Source: Candidatus Gastranaerophilales bacterium
GTDB lineage: Bacteria; Cyanobacteriota; Vampirovibrionia; Gastranaerophilales; Gastranaerophilaceae
DNA length: 57,494 nucleotides
Assembly: GCA_944322625.1 (NCBI GenBank)
Contig: CALUPN010000001.1
Coordinates: 1 to 57,494, forward strand
Direction of reading: 5' to 3'
The notes below the pieces were generated by a model. The model was not told where the DNA came from. It saw only the letters and a program-made list of their open reading frames with translations, and ran no database searches. Below are positions 9,104-19,842 of the stretch, in pieces. A program made the translations under genes and the position numbers. Each line of letters opens with the position of its first letter. Position 1 is the first letter of the stretch.

Positions 9104-9105
9104 TT

Positions 9106-10140
9106 ATGCCTACAATTTATGACTTAGTTACCTCTGCCAATATCACATCATATTGGACAGAAAAAAATCAAAACCGACAACCATTGTTAGGTGAAACACT
9201 TTTCCCTACAAGACAAATTCTTGGAACGAAATTAGAATGGATTAAAGGTGCTAATAACCAACCAGTTGCTTTGAGACCATCTTCATACGACGCAAAAGCG
9301 ATTCGTAGAGATAGACAAGGCATTGAAAGGGCTAGTACTGAAATGCCATTCTTCAAAGAATCAATGTATATTGATGAAAGATTACGTCAAGATTTGAATA
9401 ATTTTGCTAATGCAAATAATCAACAACTTGTAAATCAAGTATTGCTTAATATTTATAACGACGAGGCCAACCTAATCGATGCGTCAGAAGTTACAAGAGA
9501 AAGAATGAGAATGGAAGCACTTACTACTGGTACAATCACAGTATCTGGAAACGGTCAATCATTCACATATGATTTCGGTGTTCCTGCTGACAATAAAAAG
9601 ACTGTTACTACGGCATGGAGTACTGCTACTGCTGACATTATTGGCGATATTACAAGTTATGTTGATGCCATGAAGGCAAAAGGTGTTACGATTACACGTG
9701 CTATTTGTAACTCATCTGTTGCAAAATGTTTCAGAACAAATACGGCTATTAAGAATGCCATTTACGTATTTGCACAAGGAACAGTTCCAGTTACTACGGC
9801 TCGTGCAATTGACTATATCTATAACGAAACTGGTGTAACATTCTATGTTTACGATAATGTATATGTAAATGAATCCGGAACGGCTGTTAAGTATATCCCA
9901 GATGACACAGTAGTGTTAATGCCAGATGGTGATTTAGGATACACAAACATGGGTACTACTCCAGAAGAATCAGACTTAATGAATAGTCTAGGTGCTAACG
10001 TAAGTATTGTTGACAACGGTGTTGCTGTTACGACAAGTCAAACTGTTGATCCAGTAAACGTTGAAACAAAAGTGTCTATGGTATCATTACCATCATTTGA
10101 ACAAGCCGATAAGATTGTTATTGTTGATGTTACTCCCTAA
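9106..10140 (+). CDS. Major capsid protein (lambda E-like family)
   Basis: LFP, MPFFKES, ERMRMEALTTG, YDFGV motifs. Confidence 0.9.
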   Translation: MPTIYDLVTSANITSYWTEKNQNRQPLLGETLFPTRQILGTKLEWIKGANNQPVALRPSSYDAKAIRRDRQGIERASTEMPFFKESMYIDERLRQDLNNFANANNQQLVNQVLLNIYNDEANLIDASEVTRERMRMEALTTGTITVSGNGQSFTYDFGVPADNKKTVTTAWSTATADIIGDITSYVDAMKAKGVTITRAICNSSVAKCFRTNTAIKNAIYVFAQGTVPVTTARAIDYIYNETGVTFYVYDNVYVNESGTAVKYIPDDTVVLMPDGDLGYTNMGTTPEESDLMNSLGANVSIVDNGVAVTTSQTVDPVNVETKVSMVSLPSFEQADKIVIVDVTP

Positions 10141-10206
10141 TGTAGCCGATAATAAAGTCGGCACCGCTAAGGTAGGAGAAGCCAAAGTTAGTTAGGAGGT
10201 GTTTAT

Positions 10207-10497
10207 ATGGCATATTCAAAACATACATGGACAGATGGTGAAGTGATTACTAAAGAAAAACTTAATAATTTAGAAAATGGCTTAGCCACTGTTGAGACTA
10301 CACCTGGTCCTAAAGGCGATAAGGGTGACAAAGGTGACACTGGAGAACAAGGTCCAAAAGGTGAACCAGGTAGTGATGCAAAACAAATAAAAACAATTGT
10401 TATAAATACAGATGAAAGTAATGTTGTTACAGGAGGACTTGTAACATTTACTGACGATTCCACCGTTGCAATAACAGTTAATAAGGCTGGTGCATAG
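10207..10497 (+). CDS. Small collagen-repeat virion protein
   Basis: W.DGEVIT.EKLNNLE N-terminus plus G-X-Y repeats. Confidence 0.75.
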   Translation: MAYSKHTWTDGEVITKEKLNNLENGLATVETTPGPKGDKGDKGDTGEQGPKGEPGSDAKQIKTIVINTDESNVVTGGLVTFTDDSTVAITVNKAGA

Positions 10498-10498
10498 A

Positions 10499-10675
10499 AT
10501 GATAACAATTGTAAAAGATAATGTCCAAAAAACAGTTACAAAAGGTGCTTATAAATCTTTTTATGAACAACTTGGTTATAAAGTTGTTCAAAAAGATAAA
10601 AAACCAGAATTGTCGACTGGAGTGAATGAAAAACCAGAATTAAAAAAACAAGATTTGAAATCAAATAGAAAGTAG
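10499..10675 (+). CDS. Small head-associated hypothetical protein
   Basis: ORF in structural operon. Confidence 0.6.
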   Translation: MITIVKDNVQKTVTKGAYKSFYEQLGYKVVQKDKKPELSTGVNEKPELKKQDLKSNRK

Positions 10676-10683
10676 GTGTTGTT

Positions 10684-10908
10684 ATGTTATATGTAATTAA
10701 TAAACGATACTACATTAAAGTTGGCAGAAAATTCATTCTTGTTAATATTACATACAATAACGGCGATATACAATTAAAGGCCGATAAAAGTAGCATTATC
10801 GAAGATAATGGACAAATCAAATATACTACGCAAATTGTTGACGAGGCGTTTAAGAAAAAATTCAAGCCAGAACCGGTAATGCGTAGTTATGAAACTAGAA
10901 AAGACTAG
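10684..10908 (+). CDS. Hypothetical protein
   Basis: AGGTG RBS. Confidence 0.6.
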   Translation: MLYVINKRYYIKVGRKFILVNITYNNGDIQLKADKSSIIEDNGQIKYTTQIVDEAFKKKFKPEPVMRSYETRKD

Positions 10909-10922
10909 AAAGAAGTGGTATT

Positions 10923-11264
10923 ATGGCAAAATCAATAAACACTTTGACAAATGAGTTACGAGTTATTTTAAAGAGTAGAGGTATGAATGTGACCGACTGT
11001 AACGATGATAATGTTCTGTTACAGTATGAAATAAAACGTGCGATAAACGAAATTAATCGTTGCCGTAGATTCACACCTACTGATGAAAAACCGTATGATG
11101 TCAAGTATGAGGATGTTATAATACCACTTTGTGTTTGTTCTTTTGCGAAAATAGGAGCAGAAGGGCAGACAAGTCATAGTGAAAATGGGATATCGAGAAA
11201 TTATACAACTGGTGGAGATTATCCATCCGATATATTGAACGGTATCATCCCATTAATTAAGTAG
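10923..11264 (+). CDS. Head-tail connector (SPP1 gp15-like)
   Basis: KIGAEGQTSHSENGISRNY motif. Confidence 0.85.
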   Translation: MAKSINTLTNELRVILKSRGMNVTDCNDDNVLLQYEIKRAINEINRCRRFTPTDEKPYDVKYEDVIIPLCVCSFAKIGAEGQTSHSENGISRNYTTGGDYPSDILNGIIPLIK

Positions 11265-11272
11265 GTGATAAC

Positions 11273-11629
11273 ATGAGAAACCTACGAAGAAACAAAAAAT
11301 TATTATATTTGTGTCAAAAATACCAAGACGGCATGATTACAAAATTTAGAGAACCTATACCATTGTGGGAAAATTATGTTCCCACTAATAGTGAGGGCGA
11401 TTTGATATCGATGGGAATGGAATATCCTATGTATTTGCGTATTAAAACAAATGTGTCGGAACGTAATATGTTTCATGCAAAAGATAGAGTTTATGTATAT
11501 GTAGAGCCTAAAAAAAACGATTCTTTATGTAAAGATGCTGACTATGAGGTGGAAAGCGAACCTATGCCATATCTTAATGATATGGAAGTCGTTTTAAAAC
11601 GATTGAGTAGTGATGTGAATGGCAATTAA
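11273..11629 (+). CDS. Head-tail adaptor/closure protein
   Basis: MRNLRRNK start, synteny. Confidence 0.7.
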   Translation: MRNLRRNKKLLYLCQKYQDGMITKFREPIPLWENYVPTNSEGDLISMGMEYPMYLRIKTNVSERNMFHAKDRVYVYVEPKKNDSLCKDADYEVESEPMPYLNDMEVVLKRLSSDVNGN

Positions 11630-12188
11630 ATCGTTAAAATTATCTAGCACGGATATAGAAAATCTTATAAAAGGTTTGGAAAATGCTAGAAAAGAAATTA
11701 ATAATTTCAAAGATGATTTACCACACGATATCGCAAAACTAGGTTTAGATTATTTGAATTCTTTATATGCTAGTACACCACTTGATGAGAATATTGAAGA
11801 TATAACGACAAGTATAAAAAAGACAACAAGTGGATATTCGATTATATCTCGTGGAAAAGATGTTCTTTATGAGGAGTTTGGTACTGGTGATAAAGGTAAA
11901 GCGAATCCACATCCAGAAAAAGGAAAGTACAACTTGAAAGAGTATAATAGTGGTTCAAAAATACGTGATGTTCCAGATATCAGTACTATGTCAACAAAGC
12001 AACTTGATTTGTTTGCAAAGTATAATATAACGACCGGTAAATATTGGTCATATGTAAAAAACGGAAGAACGATACTAACACAAGGTGTACCATCTGGAAA
12101 ACAAATGTTTAATACAAGAAATTATTTACGTAAGAATATGAAATCGATATTGGATGAGAAAGCGAGTGATGTCTTATCGAAAGTTTAA
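11619..12188 (+). CDS. Neck/tail completion protein (HK97 gp10-like)
   Basis: YEEFGTG and TQG.P motifs. Confidence 0.75.
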   Translation: MAIKSLKLSSTDIENLIKGLENARKEINNFKDDLPHDIAKLGLDYLNSLYASTPLDENIEDITTSIKKTTSGYSIISRGKDVLYEEFGTGDKGKANPHPEKGKYNLKEYNSGSKIRDVPDISTMSTKQLDLFAKYNITTGKYWSYVKNGRTILTQGVPSGKQMFNTRNYLRKNMKSILDEKASDVLSKV

Positions 12189-12640
12189 TTGACCAATTAA
12201 AACAAGATATTAAAAATTTCTTTTCTGATACAGATTTGGTAAAGGAAATAGATTCTTCATATAATGGAGAATTTGATAATATCACGATTAAAGACAGATA
12301 TGAAATATACCCTAAGATAAAATATCCAATGATAACGCTTGAAGAAATCAGTAATGAGGATGTAGAGCAATATTTTGAGGGTTCAGAACGAGTTAGTTAT
12401 CTTGCCTACCAATTTGAAATAAGTTGCGAGCAAGATTTAACTCGCACGGCCATTCAAAATGTACGTTACCTTATGAAGTTATTAGACGGCTATTTAAAGG
12501 GCGAAAAATATGTTTGCTTACGACGAATAGGTGATCCCGCAATCGCTCCTCTATCGAGCGATAATAACGTTATGACGGGGTATTTAAGATACGAATGTAA
12601 TTTAGATATAAAAACAAATACAATTTATAGGAGGTATTAA
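12173..12640 (+). CDS. Tail terminator protein
   Basis: YPMITLEEI motif, synteny; frame open from 12170 (track start 12236). Confidence 0.7.
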   Translation, partial: LIESLIDQLKQDIKNFFSDTDLVKEIDSSYNGEFDNITIKDRYEIYPKIKYPMITLEEISNEDVEQYFEGSERVSYLAYQFEISCEQDLTRTAIQNVRYLMKLLDGYLKGEKYVCLRRIGDPAIAPLSSDNNVMTGYLRYECNLDIKTNTIYRRY

Positions 12641-12641
12641 T

Positions 12642-13118
12642 ATGGCAATTAATTTATCTACTGCTGGTGTTCAATTGCTTTACGCACCAGAAACAACGGC
12701 TGGAACGAGACCAAGTACTGGATTTACTAGAATTAAAGGTATTAAAAGTACACCAAGTTTGAACCCTAGTCCAGAAACACTAGAAACAACAACGTTGGAT
12801 GAATTGGAATATAAAACATACATTGATGGATTAAAAGACATTGGTGGTGCATTAGAATTCACTTTCAACTTGACAGAAGAATTATACGATGCATGGGATG
12901 AGTTAATGACTGCTTATGAAACGGCAAAAACAACAAACAAAGCAATGTGGTTTGAAATTTTAATCCCAGGATTAACAAACGCTGTATTCTTCACAGGAAA
13001 CCCTAGTGCGATGGGATTACCAGAAACATCAGTCAGTGCTGTTCTTGAAACGACTAACTATATTACACCAACAAATGCACCAGAATGGTTTGCAAAAGTT
13101 GAAGAAGATGCTGAATAA
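12642..13118 (+). CDS. Major tail tube protein
   Basis: PETLETTTLD...KTYIDGLKD.GG.LEF motif. Confidence 0.85.
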   Translation: MAINLSTAGVQLLYAPETTAGTRPSTGFTRIKGIKSTPSLNPSPETLETTTLDELEYKTYIDGLKDIGGALEFTFNLTEELYDAWDELMTAYETAKTTNKAMWFEILIPGLTNAVFFTGNPSAMGLPETSVSAVLETTNYITPTNAPEWFAKVEEDAE

Positions 13119-13137
13119 GAAATGGAGGAACGTGTAA

Positions 13138-13497
13138 ATGAATACTAAAATTAATCTAGCATATAATGGTGAAAAGTATGTACTTGAATATAATAGAATG
13201 GCTGTTAAGTTGTTGGAACAAAATGGATTCATGCTTGATGAATTCTTAAAGAAACCGATGACGAATATTGAACTTGCTTTTTCTGGTGCGTTTATTAAAA
13301 ACCACAGTAAAGTAGGACAAGAAAAAATAGATAAAATATATGACAGTTGTAAGGATAAAGCAAAATTAGTTGCTACATTACAGAAAATGATTCAAGAAAC
13401 ATACGAATCATTATTATCTGATAAACCATCAGATGGTGATGAGGGAAACACGAGTTGGGAAGTAGAGGACTTGTCTCCAAAGACGAGTCAAAAGTAG
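13138..13497 (+). CDS. Tail assembly chaperone (G)
   Basis: Between tail tube and tape measure genes. Confidence 0.8.
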   Translation: MNTKINLAYNGEKYVLEYNRMAVKLLEQNGFMLDEFLKKPMTNIELAFSGAFIKNHSKVGQEKIDKIYDSCKDKAKLVATLQKMIQETYESLLSDKPSDGDEGNTSWEVEDLSPKTSQK

Positions 13498-13895
13498 AGG
13501 ATACTTCCCTAACTTACTTTTTTGAGAAGTTATGCCCAATGTATATGAGTTATGGTATGACTTACGATGAATTCTGGTATAAATCTCCATATAGAGCAAA
13601 ATTCTATTTGGAGGCTTATAAAAGGAAAGTAAAGCAACAAGATGAATATATGTGGGTACAAGGCATGTATATATATGAGGCACTTTGTAAAGTATCTCCT
13701 GTATTACATGCTTTTTCTAAAAAAGGAACAAAGCCTCTACCATATTCGGAAAAACCTTATTTGCGTGATGATGAAAACCTAGAAAGTGAAGAAGAAAAGA
13801 AACGAAAAGAAGAAAACGAACGTTTGCTTGTAAAACTTCATTTCAAAAAATGGGTTAAAGACACACAGAAAAGGTTTGCTAAGAAACAAAAGTGA
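13455..13895 (+). CDS. Tail assembly chaperone frameshift extension (T)
   Basis: Overlaps G in the -1 frame; GMTYDEFW motif. Confidence 0.75.
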   Translation: MGSRGLVSKDESKVEDTSLTYFFEKLCPMYMSYGMTYDEFWYKSPYRAKFYLEAYKRKVKQQDEYMWVQGMYIYEALCKVSPVLHAFSKKGTKPLPYSEKPYLRDDENLESEEEKKRKEENERLLVKLHFKKWVKDTQKRFAKKQK

Positions 13896-13900
13896 GGTGA

Positions 13901-16900
13901 TTGACTTTGGAAACATCAATTGATACTTTAACAATTAACATAGAGAGTGTTTCCAAAAACGCATTAGAGCCAATCCAAGAACTTATAAATAAACTTGACG
14001 ACTTAAATACAAAATTACAACAAGTTGTAAAACAATCAGAAAATTTTTCTAAGTTAAAAGACAATCTAAACAGTGCGTCTAGTGGAACGTCATCAAATAA
14101 TAAATCTTCAAATAAAAAACAACCGTATTCAAATTATGGTTCAAAAGAATCACAGTTTTCCGCGTTAAAGATTGATAGTAGTTCTTTAAAGAAAGCATTT
14201 TCAGAAGTAACTACTTCAACAGCGTTAGCAGAGACAACTACGCAAAAGTTCAGAGATGCAATGGGTAGAGTTGTAACGGTAACGAAACAAACAAAAGATG
14301 GACTTGACGGATATCGTGTATCCCTAAGAGATGCTAATACTGAAACTAAAAAAAGTACCAGTATTTTTAAATCGTTAACAAGCGGTATAAGTGGTATGGC
14401 TTTACAGTTTCAACTAATATGGCATACAGTAACTAGTATAGCATCCGGTTTTGGTGCAATGGCGATTAATGCTGGAGATTATTATGAAGCGTTCAACTTG
14501 TTTGCTACCACCTTAGGTAGTCAAGCAGAGCAAGGCTTGGAATGGGTTGAGATGTTTAGTGATGCTTTATATCTCGATCCGGTCAACGTCATGCAATACA
14601 TGGGTACTTTTGATAGTTTGATAAAAGGTCTTGGTGTTGGAGAAGAACAAGCATACTTAATGAGTCAACAATTGACGCAATTGACTTATGATTTGGCGTC
14701 ATTTAAAAACTTAGATTTTGAAACGGCTTTTCAAAAATTACAAAGTGGAATTTCAGGAGAAATAGAGCCTTTGCGTAATGTCGGTGTCGCTTTATCAGAA
14801 GCAACACTACAAGAACTAGCATTTTCGCTAGGGATACAAGAATCAGTTTCTGCTATGAGTGAAGCAGAAAAAGCACAATTAAGATATATACAAATCATGC
14901 GTTCTAGTACAGATTGGCAAGCCGATATGGGAAAAACATTGACTACTCCTACAAACGCATTGAGAGTCTTAAGAGAACAATTTAATCAATTAGGTCGTGC
15001 TATTGGTAACGTTTTCTTGCCGATATTAATGATGATTGTACCTTATGTTATGGTAGTAACAGAATGGTTGAATACGCTTGCACAAACACTTGCAAATATA
15101 TTGTCAGATTTATTCGGTATCGATTTAGATTTTAGTTTAGATACCGGAGATTTTGACACGGGGGTTGGTACAGTTGTCGGTGGATTGGAAGATATTGGTT
15201 CTTCTGCTGATAGTGCAAAAAATAAATTAAATACAATGCTAGCACCATTTGATGAATTGAACAATGTTCAAACACAGGTACAATCTGCCGGTGGAGGAGC
15301 CGGAGTTGGTGGTGGAACTGGTGGCGATTTAGGTGTTGACTTACCGACATATGATGCGTTATCAAAATTAACAGACCAGTTTTCAAAGAATATTGACCAG
15401 GCTAGAGAAAATTTGGAAGGTGTTTTAAAAGTTGTCACAGCAATCGGGGCTGCTTTGCTTACATGGAAACTGGCAAAAGGAATTTCTAATTTTATAAATA
15501 CCATAAAAGGTATGAAAGATTCTTTTTCTTCATTGTCAACCGGAATCGATAAATTGAAAAAATCTTTTACCAAACTAGGCTTAGGAACAGTATTGAAATC
15601 TTTTGTAAAATTAACTGGTGGTATCGTCGGTGCTGCCACGGCTATCATGGGTGTAGGTGGTGCTTATGATGCTATGAAGCGAATGGGAGAGCAAGGAAAA
15701 AAATCTAGTTATGGTATAGCATTGCTTACTGGTAGTATGGCAGAAGCGACTGCTGGTGGTGCGCTATTAGGATTAACGTTAGGTGGTCTTTTAGGTGCTG
15801 CTATTGGCGGTATTGTTGGAATACTGGCTAGTGGTGTTTTTGCAATTAAAGGTTGGAATGATGGCTGGCAAGAAATGATAGATTCTAATATATTTGGAGA
15901 TTTGCATGTCGAAACCAGTGAATTTGCAGATGCTTTAGATAGATTGAATCTATCTTTCACAGGAACATCAACAGTAATTTCACAATTTAGAACTACCATG
16001 GATGGATTGGTTAGTACGTTTGATACTAATATAAATCAAGTCGACGGATATTTAACAAAATTCCAATATCTGGGCGAAAGCATTAATGGTGAAACAGGAG
16101 AACAATTTAAAACATCTTTAAGTAATTTGTTTACAAGTGCGAATGAAATAATTAATACGGGAACAACATTTTCTGTCGAACTATGGACGACAAGTTGGTC
16201 TAGTATGACGACTTTAACGGATGAAGAACAAAAGAAAGTTTTGGACATTATAACAACAAACGGAAACTCGACTAAAACAGAAATGCAAAACGCTCAAAAC
16301 AGAATCAATGAAATTTGGCAAAATGCTATTAATACGCGTGGATATTTAACTGATGAAGAATATAAAGAATTACAAGGTTTGCTAAACAAAATACGTGAAT
16401 TAACAAATAGTGAGGCACAAAAAGGTCAAGCCGACATGGAATACTATAAGAAATTATTTTCAGATAAATCATATCAACTTGACGAAGAATCATATAACAA
16501 TTTCCTTGAAGCACGAGATACATATAAAAATAACATGATGGATAAAATAAAGGAACAATATGAATTGGAATATACGCAGGCTCAAACACAAATTGATAAA
16601 TTAAAAAAACAACAAGCAACGGCAGATACTGATGAATATAATACATTGCAAAAACAAATCAATTTGTTAGAAAAAACGCAACAAGATGCTATGACACGAA
16701 GAACAGAAAATGAAAAAGAATTAAATAGTACATTGGAAACGTACACACAAGATGTTTATAGCAATATAACTGATTTGTACAGAGAAGTATACGATAAGAC
16801 TGATAAAGAATCGAAAGATATCCGTACTAGAATCGAAGGTATATTCAAAGATGCGAATATTGACATGGAAAATATCAAATCACAAATTGGTATTGCTGGT

Positions 16901-17302
16901 TCTCAATGTGCCAAAACATTCCAAGAAGAATTCAACAAGCGTAATCTTAAAGTAACGTTTGATCCAAATGCACTCGCAAATGGCCAAACAAGTGCAAGAG
17001 TAACAATGTCCATAAGTGGTTATGCAACAGGTGGTTTCGTAGATTCTGCGGATTTATTCTTCGCAAATGAAAACGGTATTCCAGAAATGATTGGACGTAT
17101 CGGTAACCAAACGGCCGTTGCCAACAATGACCAAATTACAACATCTATCACAAATGCTTTAATTTCTGCCTTAGATAATTATGATTTCGGTGGTCAATCT
17201 CCAACAATAATCTACCTAGGAAACAAGAAATTGTATGAGGGCTATGGAGAACACCAAGAAAGAGAAAACGACCGTTATGGCGTAAATATGATACGAATTT
17301 AG
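13901..17302 (+). CDS. Tape measure protein
   Basis: 1133 aa, helical Ala/Gly-rich, C-terminal YATGGF...PEMIG. Confidence 0.92.
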   Translation: MTLETSIDTLTINIESVSKNALEPIQELINKLDDLNTKLQQVVKQSENFSKLKDNLNSASSGTSSNNKSSNKKQPYSNYGSKESQFSALKIDSSSLKKAFSEVTTSTALAETTTQKFRDAMGRVVTVTKQTKDGLDGYRVSLRDANTETKKSTSIFKSLTSGISGMALQFQLIWHTVTSIASGFGAMAINAGDYYEAFNLFATTLGSQAEQGLEWVEMFSDALYLDPVNVMQYMGTFDSLIKGLGVGEEQAYLMSQQLTQLTYDLASFKNLDFETAFQKLQSGISGEIEPLRNVGVALSEATLQELAFSLGIQESVSAMSEAEKAQLRYIQIMRSSTDWQADMGKTLTTPTNALRVLREQFNQLGRAIGNVFLPILMMIVPYVMVVTEWLNTLAQTLANILSDLFGIDLDFSLDTGDFDTGVGTVVGGLEDIGSSADSAKNKLNTMLAPFDELNNVQTQVQSAGGGAGVGGGTGGDLGVDLPTYDALSKLTDQFSKNIDQARENLEGVLKVVTAIGAALLTWKLAKGISNFINTIKGMKDSFSSLSTGIDKLKKSFTKLGLGTVLKSFVKLTGGIVGAATAIMGVGGAYDAMKRMGEQGKKSSYGIALLTGSMAEATAGGALLGLTLGGLLGAAIGGIVGILASGVFAIKGWNDGWQEMIDSNIFGDLHVETSEFADALDRLNLSFTGTSTVISQFRTTMDGLVSTFDTNINQVDGYLTKFQYLGESINGETGEQFKTSLSNLFTSANEIINTGTTFSVELWTTSWSSMTTLTDEEQKKVLDIITTNGNSTKTEMQNAQNRINEIWQNAINTRGYLTDEEYKELQGLLNKIRELTNSEAQKGQADMEYYKKLFSDKSYQLDEESYNNFLEARDTYKNNMMDKIKEQYELEYTQAQTQIDKLKKQQATADTDEYNTLQKQINLLEKTQQDAMTRRTENEKELNSTLETYTQDVYSNITDLYREVYDKTDKESKDIRTRIEGIFKDANIDMENIKSQIGIAGSQCAKTFQEEFNKRNLKVTFDPNALANGQTSARVTMSISGYATGGFVDSADLFFANENGIPEMIGRIGNQTAVANNDQITTSITNALISALDNYDFGGQSPTIIYLGNKKLYEGYGEHQERENDRYGVNMIRI

Positions 17303-17312
17303 GGGGTATATC

Positions 17313-17714
17313 ATGAGTAACTTTAAAGGATATTATATAAAATGTAACGGTTGTACTTTTCAAAGCCCATCAATCAAAAGAAATGGATTCAAATTTGCAC
17401 CAAAGTTGGTACAAACAGCGGATGCTACAACGACGGCCAGTGGTGTACTTTCAATCAAAGTTCTTCCACACACGAGAAGTAAGATATGGCTTTCTTTTCC
17501 ACCTATGACACCAGAACAATTTAGAGTTTATTATAACGCACTTGATATGGGTGGAAGTGGAACAGGAATGTATTTGCAAGTAGAAGTATATGATGATGCT
17601 ACTGATAGATACGTAACCGATACTTATTATCATACCGATATTCAATATAGTCCGGTAACATATCAAGGACAAAGGATGATACAAATAGACGATTTCCAAT
17701 TAATTGGTCATTAG
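17313..17714 (+). CDS. Distal tail protein-like
   Basis: Small gene right after the tape measure gene. Confidence 0.65.
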   Translation: MSNFKGYYIKCNGCTFQSPSIKRNGFKFAPKLVQTADATTTASGVLSIKVLPHTRSKIWLSFPPMTPEQFRVYYNALDMGGSGTGMYLQVEVYDDATDRYVTDTYYHTDIQYSPVTYQGQRMIQIDDFQLIGH

Positions 17715-17724
17715 AGGTGGTTAA

Positions 17725-19842
17725 ATGAACGAAACTGATAAACAAGCATTAATCGATGGTAGTGCCACAATACCATACCGTATTACCATAATAGGTGATA
17801 CCGAAAGTGAAAACGAGGTTCTTACCGAATATGATATTGTGAATACCACATATGAAGATTATCGATATGTTGATACGGCTACACTTTGCATTGGGCAATT
17901 TGTAGCACGTACCATATCGGGTGAACTTATGAATCCTAATAATTCTATTATTATGGAAAATAAGGAGATTAAAGTAGAATTAGGTGTAAAAACAGAAAGT
18001 GGTACAAATTACTATTCATTAGGTAATTTCTTAATCACAAAGCCTAGTGATGATGCCGTAAAAGATAAAACGTCATTCGAGGCAATGGATTACACGAAAA
18101 AGTTCAATAAAGAATTTGATGCAACCGGTCTTACGTTCCCATGTACCGCATTACAGTTAGCACAGTTTTGTTGCCAAAAATGTGGTGTTGAACTTGGTAG
18201 TACATCATTTACAAACAGTTCTTTTGTGATAGATAGCAACCAATATGAAACGGGAGATACGTTTCGTAAGGTTATGCAAGATATTGGTAAACTTGCTTAT
18301 TCATGGGTGCGTATTGGTTGGGATAATAAGTGCTATATTGATTTTTCATTTTCAAGTACGGTTGCCGATACCAATAAAATTGGAACGAGTAATTATTACG
18401 ATTTAACAGTTCAATCAGAGCAATTTGGTCCAGTCAATCGTGTTGTTATAGGAATGAGCGATATTGAGGGCGAAAATGTTGTATTAGAAGATAGTACTAG
18501 TATCGCACAGAATGGTGTTTGTGAATTACAAATCATGGATAATAACTTGACTTATACACCAGAATTGAGACAACAGGCGATTGCTAGTGCGAATAAATTG
18601 TTTGGTCTATCGTTTGTTCCCGTTGAAATTAATACGACTGGCCATCCGTGGCTATTAGGAAAGGAAACTGTTGAAATAGAAAAGTTAGACGGCACAAAAA
18701 TAAAAACAATTCCATTCGACAGAACCATTGAATACGGTGGCCATATTAAAACGAAATTAGTATCAAAAGCGGATACAAAAACGGAAACAGAATATAAAAA
18801 TCCTGGTACGTTGGAAACGGCAATCAAACAAACTAGAATCATTGTCAACAAACAAGAACAAGAGATATCGCAAGTCATTCAACAACAAGAAAGTCAAACG
18901 GAACTTATAAATTCTGTTCAAGATAGCATAGATAATTTGACGGAACAAATAAATGAAAACATCATTATTTATCGTGGGAATGGTGTTCCTACACTTGATA
19001 ATTATCCCGCAAATGAATGGACAACGACAGAATTAAAAGATGACCATGTTGGCGATTTATATTACAATACCGAAGATGGTAAGACATATCGATTTGATAA
19101 AAATGGTGTGATATTTAGTTGGGTAGAAGAAAAACCAGATTTATCAGAGGCAATAGAACTAGCACAAAACGCATTAAATGTTGCAAATGATAAAATGCAA
19201 GTTTTTGTAACGCAACCAACACCACCATATGAGGTAGGCGATTTATGGACAGATGGCGATGATATATTTGTTTGTAAAACTTCAAAAACAGAAGGTCAGT
19301 CATTTTCAGCAAGTGATTGGGAAAATGCTACAAATTATGCGGAACAAATTGATACCACAAACGTAAAATTGAATGAAACTGTTTCCAACCTAGACGGTAC
19401 AAATTCAACGATCGCCGACTTGACTACAACATTAAATAATGATTACTTGACAACGGAACAGATTAACGCAATTGTTGAAGGGCAAAACAGTGATATCGAG
19501 GCAATTGAGGGTAACATATCGCAAATTATAACAGATGCCGAAGGATTAGCATTACGTGTTACAACAATTGAAACTGATGGTGTGTCAAAAGTAAGTAATA
19601 CTTTAATCGAACTGGGCGAAGATGGTATCGAAATATCTAAGTCAACTGATGAGTTCAGTTCAAAATTTGATAATAAAGGTGTAACATTCATGTCGTATGG
19701 TAATGTAGTTGCGACATATGACAAAGATGGTGCAAATATTCCCAACTTAACATCGGAGGAAGCACAACTTGGATATCTGTCAATTAAAAAAGGTGAAACG
19801 AATGGAGAAAAAAGAACGAAGATTTTCTGGGTAGGTGGTTAG
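17725..19842 (+). CDS. Baseplate hub / tail protein
   Basis: PTLDNYPANEW...HVGDLYY and QPTPPYEVGDLW motifs, coiled coil. Confidence 0.75.
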   Translation: MNETDKQALIDGSATIPYRITIIGDTESENEVLTEYDIVNTTYEDYRYVDTATLCIGQFVARTISGELMNPNNSIIMENKEIKVELGVKTESGTNYYSLGNFLITKPSDDAVKDKTSFEAMDYTKKFNKEFDATGLTFPCTALQLAQFCCQKCGVELGSTSFTNSSFVIDSNQYETGDTFRKVMQDIGKLAYSWVRIGWDNKCYIDFSFSSTVADTNKIGTSNYYDLTVQSEQFGPVNRVVIGMSDIEGENVVLEDSTSIAQNGVCELQIMDNNLTYTPELRQQAIASANKLFGLSFVPVEINTTGHPWLLGKETVEIEKLDGTKIKTIPFDRTIEYGGHIKTKLVSKADTKTETEYKNPGTLETAIKQTRIIVNKQEQEISQVIQQQESQTELINSVQDSIDNLTEQINENIIIYRGNGVPTLDNYPANEWTTTELKDDHVGDLYYNTEDGKTYRFDKNGVIFSWVEEKPDLSEAIELAQNALNVANDKMQVFVTQPTPPYEVGDLWTDGDDIFVCKTSKTEGQSFSASDWENATNYAEQIDTTNVKLNETVSNLDGTNSTIADLTTTLNNDYLTTEQINAIVEGQNSDIEAIEGNISQIITDAEGLALRVTTIETDGVSKVSNTLIELGEDGIEISKSTDEFSSKFDNKGVTFMSYGNVVATYDKDGANIPNLTSEEAQLGYLSIKKGETNGEKRTKIFWVGG

